Assembly: GCA_029243855.1 (NCBI GenBank) | Contig: JAQWRG010000025.1 | Coordinates: 1-60,381, forward strand | Length of the DNA: 60,381 bases | From: Flavobacteriales bacterium | GTDB lineage: Bacteria > Bacteroidota > Bacteroidia > Flavobacteriales_D > Parvicellaceae | Direction of reading: 5' to 3' | In this document: positions 48,901 through 54,900 of the stretch, piece by piece | How positions within the stretch are numbered: position 1 is the stretch's first letter | Layout of the letters: each line of letters begins with the position of its first letter | Made by a program: the position numbers and the translations under genes | The notes under the pieces: model-generated | Told to the model about the DNA's origin: nothing | The model's database searches: none | What the model saw: only the letters and a program-made list of their open reading frames with translations

Positions 48901-51900
48901 CCCATTGTCATCAATAACAACAGCATGGTAAGAGCCTGATGGTAGTCCAATTTCATTAGCACTGCCTGTCCCTATAGAAACACCAGGAAAACCACCACCT
49001 ATATCAAACCAAGAATAGTTATAGTCACTTGCAACTGTACCTCCAGATGCAACTACGGTAACTTCACCATTTGAATTCCCACAAGAAGAGCTTACTGAAG
49101 AACCAGAAAGGATTAATATGTTTGGTTCAGTAATTTCAACACTATCAATTATTTGACAGCCATTAAAATCAGTTAGCTCTAATACATACATTCCAGCTCC
49201 AAGGTTTGTTGGATTAACATCATTAGAAACATTAAAACCGCTTAATGACCAATCGTGAGTATAAGGAGATGTTCCACCATTAACAACAGAGATTAACGTA
49301 CCATCCGTATCATTATTACAGTTTAAAACGCTACCTGTTAGTGCCATATTAAGCGTATTGGCAACATTAATATCAACAGAAAGAGAGGCTTGACAACCTG
49401 TGGCTAAATCAACAACTACAACATTATACGTACCAGCTGAAAGTAAAATCAAATCTTCATTATCATCATTATCTCCAGTTCCGTCATTGTCCCAATCAAT
49501 AGTATACGACCCACTACCAATAATTTCCAAATCAATAGTTCCATCGTTGTCACCCACACAATCTACATCAGTAGTCACTGCACTTAAAATAGGCCCTGTT
49601 AAATCAGAAATAGAAACCACAACACTGTCCAAGCAATTGTTGTCATCATTTATAGTTATTTGATAATTACCAGCACCAATTCCTGTTACAGAGTTTGTGA
49701 AAGAAATGTTATTATTAGGAGTGGACAAATCATCCCAATCGTACCCATAGTCAGCTACAACGGTTCCGCCAGTAACAGATACAGATATGTCACCATCAGT
49801 TAATCCACAAGTAGGTGAGTTAATACTGGTGTCAATTGATAATTCGGTTGGCTGAGTAATATCAAAGACATTACCAGAAAGAGGGCAAAGGTTAAAATCA
49901 AGAATATCTAATACATATTGACCAGAGTCTAAACCTATTAAATCTTCTAATGAAGAGGTATAAGCATTGGGGCCTGTCCACGAAGTTGTATATGGTGGGG
50001 TTCCGCCAATTATATTTATAGCAATTTCTCCAGAGGCATTATTATTACAACTTAAGTCGGTTACGGTAGACTGTAGCTGAATTGGGCCACTTGGACCATC
50101 AACAACGATTGACTCGGCAGAAGAACACCCGTTAAAATCTGTAACAAAAACGGAATAAGTACCCGGATCTAAACTAGAAAGATCTTCAGTTGAGGGGTTT
50201 GCAAAGCCGGGGGGGCCAACCCAAGAAAAATTAAACGGATTAACACCCACCACAGTAAGGTCTATTGTGCCATTTACTGAACCAAAACAGTTTATATTGG
50301 ATGAGACGTAACTTAAAGTGGGGCCGTCAATATCTGAAACAGTTATTACAATAGAATCATTACAACTGTTATCGTCATTAACGACAACTTGATATATACC
50401 TGCACTTAAATTGGTTACGTTTGATGCATTAGCGCCTATACTTAATCCAGGCTGTCCTGAAGAAATATTTTCCCAGCTATAATTATACCCACCTGTCGCT
50501 GTTCCGCCTGAAACAACAACACTTACCTCCCCATTGGTATTTCCACAAGTAGACCCAATAAAAGAACCGGTTAATGTTAAATCAGAAGGACTAACCAAAG
50601 CAATAGAGTCATTTAATGAACAGCCGTTACTATCAAGAACAGAATAAACGTATGTTCCAGCACTTAGCGCAGTTAAATCTTCATTATTCGAAATTAAAAT
50701 ACCGTCTTTTTTCCAATCGTAAGAGAATGGACTAGTACCGCCAGTTAAGCTAAGGTCTATACTTCCCGTACTGTCACCTGCACAAAGCGGAGCAACATTA
50801 GTAGATGTTCCAAAAAGTTGTTGAGGTTGACTAATAACAACATTGGTTAAGCTATCTTCACAACCATTGGTATCAACAACCATTAATGAATACGTTCCAA
50901 AAAACCAGGTTTCTAAATCCTCATTATTTACATGAGAAGCATCTGGTGTTATAGAGCCACTCCATGTATATGAAAAAGGCGTAGCTAATCCAGCAACTGA
51001 AACAAAAATAGAACCCGTTTGATTTCCAGCACAATCAACAGGGTTGATAGTGTCAATCGAAATAGACGGACCTGCGACTTGAGTAATATTCACACTTTCT
51101 GTAGAGGAACAACCGTTATCGTCTATTACTTCAATTGAATATGTGCCAACAGCCAAATTAAGCGCTTGATTTGTTAACCCAACAGTATCTCCCGAAGCAT
51201 TGGTCCAAACATAAGAATAATCCAATCCAACAGAACCACCAATAGCACTTACTGAAGAAGTTCCGGTAGGAACATTACATGCTGTTTGAGTAGATGAAGT
51301 AGTAAGAATTATGGTGTCAGGCTGATTGATATTGTATGTAAATCCTGGAATCGGACAACCCTTGCTGTCAATGCCAGAAATTACATATGCTCCAGAATCT
51401 AATCCTGTTAGGTCCTCAGAACTAGATGTAAATCCATTAGGTCCAGACCAAGAAGGGCTGAACGGCTGTGTTCCACCATTGATAGTTAAATCAATTTCTC
51501 CACTTGCATCATTATAACAAATTAAGTCAACAACATTAGCAGACGTATAAATGGAATCGGGTTGAAAAAGAGTATAAACTTCTCCTGAAATACATCCTAA
51601 AGTATCCTCAACAGTTATAGAGTAAGTTCCAGCCGGAACGGTTATTAGATCCTCTAAACTATTGGCGTGTCCTAAAGGAACTGTTTGCCACAAGAAAGTA
51701 AAAGGAGCATTAACTCCAGAAGTTGAAATCAGAATATTTCCATCACTTAACCCATAACAAGATGTACTATCAATTTGATCAAGAGTTATAGTGGGTCCCG
51801 TTGGGTTGTTGATACAAGTTATATCATCTATAGAACAACCATTATCATCCACAACATTAATGTTGTAGCACCCAGCAGAAAGGTTAGAGATAGAGTTAGT

Positions 51901-54900
51901 AGCCCCAATTTGAGTACTTGAAGAATTGGTCCATAAATAAGTATAATCTAACCCATTAAGTGTTCCTCCGTTAACAACAATTTGTGCACTACCATCATTA
52001 AGGCCGCAACCACTTAATACACTTGAAAGTGTATAAGTAATTTCAGTTGGATTGTTCAAAGTTGTGGTGTCAGAAGAAGAGCAGCCAAAATCATCATAAA
52101 CAAAAACGATATAGGTTCCTGAGCTTAAACTATCTTGGTTTTGATCATCGTCTAAATCTCCAACTCCGTCTATATCCCAGTCATAAGAATAATCAGCAAC
52201 AACACTTCCACCTGAAACAAATAGTGAAATAGACCCTGTGTTATCGTCATAACAAAGAGGCGAAACGTCTACAGTGCTTAAAATTAGTTCTTGAGCCTCA
52301 TTAATGTCTATTATTTCTTGTTGGATACACCCTAAACCATCTGTTAATGTGGCAATATATTGACCAGCAGATAAACTTGAGATAGTAGTATTGCTTCCCC
52401 CAGGATCAACAAAACCAACAGGTCCAGTCCAGGTTAATGTCCCAGGCCCAGGAGAAACATTAATTGAAACAACAATCATTCCGTTAGCATCACCAGCACA
52501 AGATTCGTGTTGGATTGAATCAACAGTAATGGTTGAAGCAGATAAATCGTTAATTATTGCACTACCTGTAGCTTCACAACCCAAATCATCCGTTACTGTT
52601 ATGTGGTATGTACCAGAACCTAAGCTTCCAAGACTTGAGTTTGCAGTAAGGGCAACACCGCTATTATCCTCCCATAAATAATTATATAATCCAGCAACAA
52701 CCCCGCCTGAAGCTACAACAGCTACATCACCATTATTGATTCCACATGAAGCATCATTAGAGGATATAGTAATATCTAATAAATTGTTTTCTAAAACAGG
52801 AACGGTAGCAGTGTCAGAACAACCATCATCATCAGTTACGGTGATGAAATAATTATCAGCTACTAAATTGTTAAGATCACTTACTGCCGAAGTAAATCCA
52901 GTATTTTGACCAACCCAACTGTATTGATAATCAAGAGATGTTGCTATATTTCCTCCAACTACAGTTAAATCTATAGCGCCTGTACTATCTCCATTACAAT
53001 CTACATTTGTTGTGACATCAGACAAAATAATTTCGGAAGCGCTTGAAATGACAATAGTATCAAACAAAGGACAAGTATTAACATCAACAAGCTCTAAATA
53101 ATAAGTACCATTACAAAGATTAAATTGGTTAGGATTACCATCATTTATAAACCCTGCATTTGAAGAAGACCAATTGTAGGTTAATGGAGCGCTACCAACT
53201 GTTACGTTTGTTGTAATAGATCCATCACAAGAGCCAAAACAGGATTCATCTGTAAAACTTACAGTTGCCGCAACAGCAGGAGGGTTATCAACCAAAATAA
53301 AAGTTGTGTCTACAACACAAACAGTCCCGTCATTTCCATTGTAGGATAAAAACACTTGATAAGTTCCTTGAAATAAGTTTGTTAAATCCTCTGCATCATC
53401 ATTATCACCAGTGCCATCATTATCCCAATCAAAAGTGAAAGGGGAGTTCCCTCCAACCACAGTTAAATCTATAGCACCATTATCAAAACCACAATTTGAA
53501 GTGCTAACAACAGGATTAAAATAAACCGTGTTTATAGGAGAAATAACTATTGTTGAATCTTTAGTACAGCCATTGTCATCTATTACACTAACAGTATAAT
53601 TACCACCACCTAAATTATTTAAATCTTCTAAGTCATCATTATCGCCAGTACCATCATTATCCCAATCAAAAACATAGTTACCAGCAACAGTTCCACCAAC
53701 AGGGCTAATATCAATTGAGCCGTTCAATGAATCGGCACATGAAATTTCTACTATTGAAGTATTTCCAATATATAATGTATTAGGCTCTTCAATGTTAAAA
53801 CAGGTATCTAGTTTACAGCTAATTTGGGATTGATCAATAATAGAAAGACAATATGTTCCCTGAGAAAGGGTAGATAAATCTTCTGTGTCGTCATTGTCAC
53901 CAGTACCATCATTATCCCAGTCAAAAAGATAACTTCCAAAACCACCCGATGGTGTTACATCAATAGAGCCATCCGTTAAACCATTACAACCTACATTAGA
54001 AACTATAGCTACAACTTGTATTGGGTTTGGCTCATTAACAGTAAAAGAGGTGTCTTTGGTACACCCAAGGTTGTCTATAATAGAGACGGTGTAGGTTCCG
54101 CCATCAAGGGGACTAAGAGAGGTAGCGTTACCACCAGGATCAACAAAAGTAGGATCAGAAGAAGACCAAGACCAATTAACAGGAGCATTACCGCCTATTA
54201 CCGCAATGTTCACATTACCATTGTCGTCACCATTACAAAGAATATCAGAAGAAGTACCACTAACATCAATAGAATCGGGCTGAACAATAGTTATAGAGGT
54301 GTCTTTAGTACAACCTAAGAAGTCAGTAATAATTACGTTGTAAATACCAGTGTCTAGTGCAACTAAATCTTCATCAGCAGATGTAAAGCCATTAGAAGAA
54401 GTCCAACTCCATTGGTAAGGAGTGTTTCCATTACTAGTTGAAAGATCAATAGTTCCATCAGTAAAGCCATAACAACTTACATTTGTTTTGGTAGCATTAG
54501 CAAAGATAGGAGCAGGGGTAGAAAGGACGAAAGAAGTATCGTAAGTACAGCCATTGTCATCAACAATATTTAGATCATAAGTACCAGAGTCAAGGTTAAT
54601 AAGGTTATCGGTACCTGGGTCAACAAACCCACCAACAGAGCTTGTCCAAGTTGTGTTAAGTGAACCAGTTCCACCAGAGAGATTAAGAGTAATAGACCCA
54701 TCAATAAGTCCAGAGCAAGAAACATTGACAACCACCCCATTGGTCGTTATGATATTAGGCTCATTAACAGTAAAAGAGGTGTCTTTGGTACACCCAAGGT
54801 TGTCTATAATAGAGACGGTGTAGGTTCCGCCATCAAGGGGATCAAGAGAGGTAGCGTTACCACCAGGATCAACAAAAGTAGGATCAGAAGAAGACCAAGA

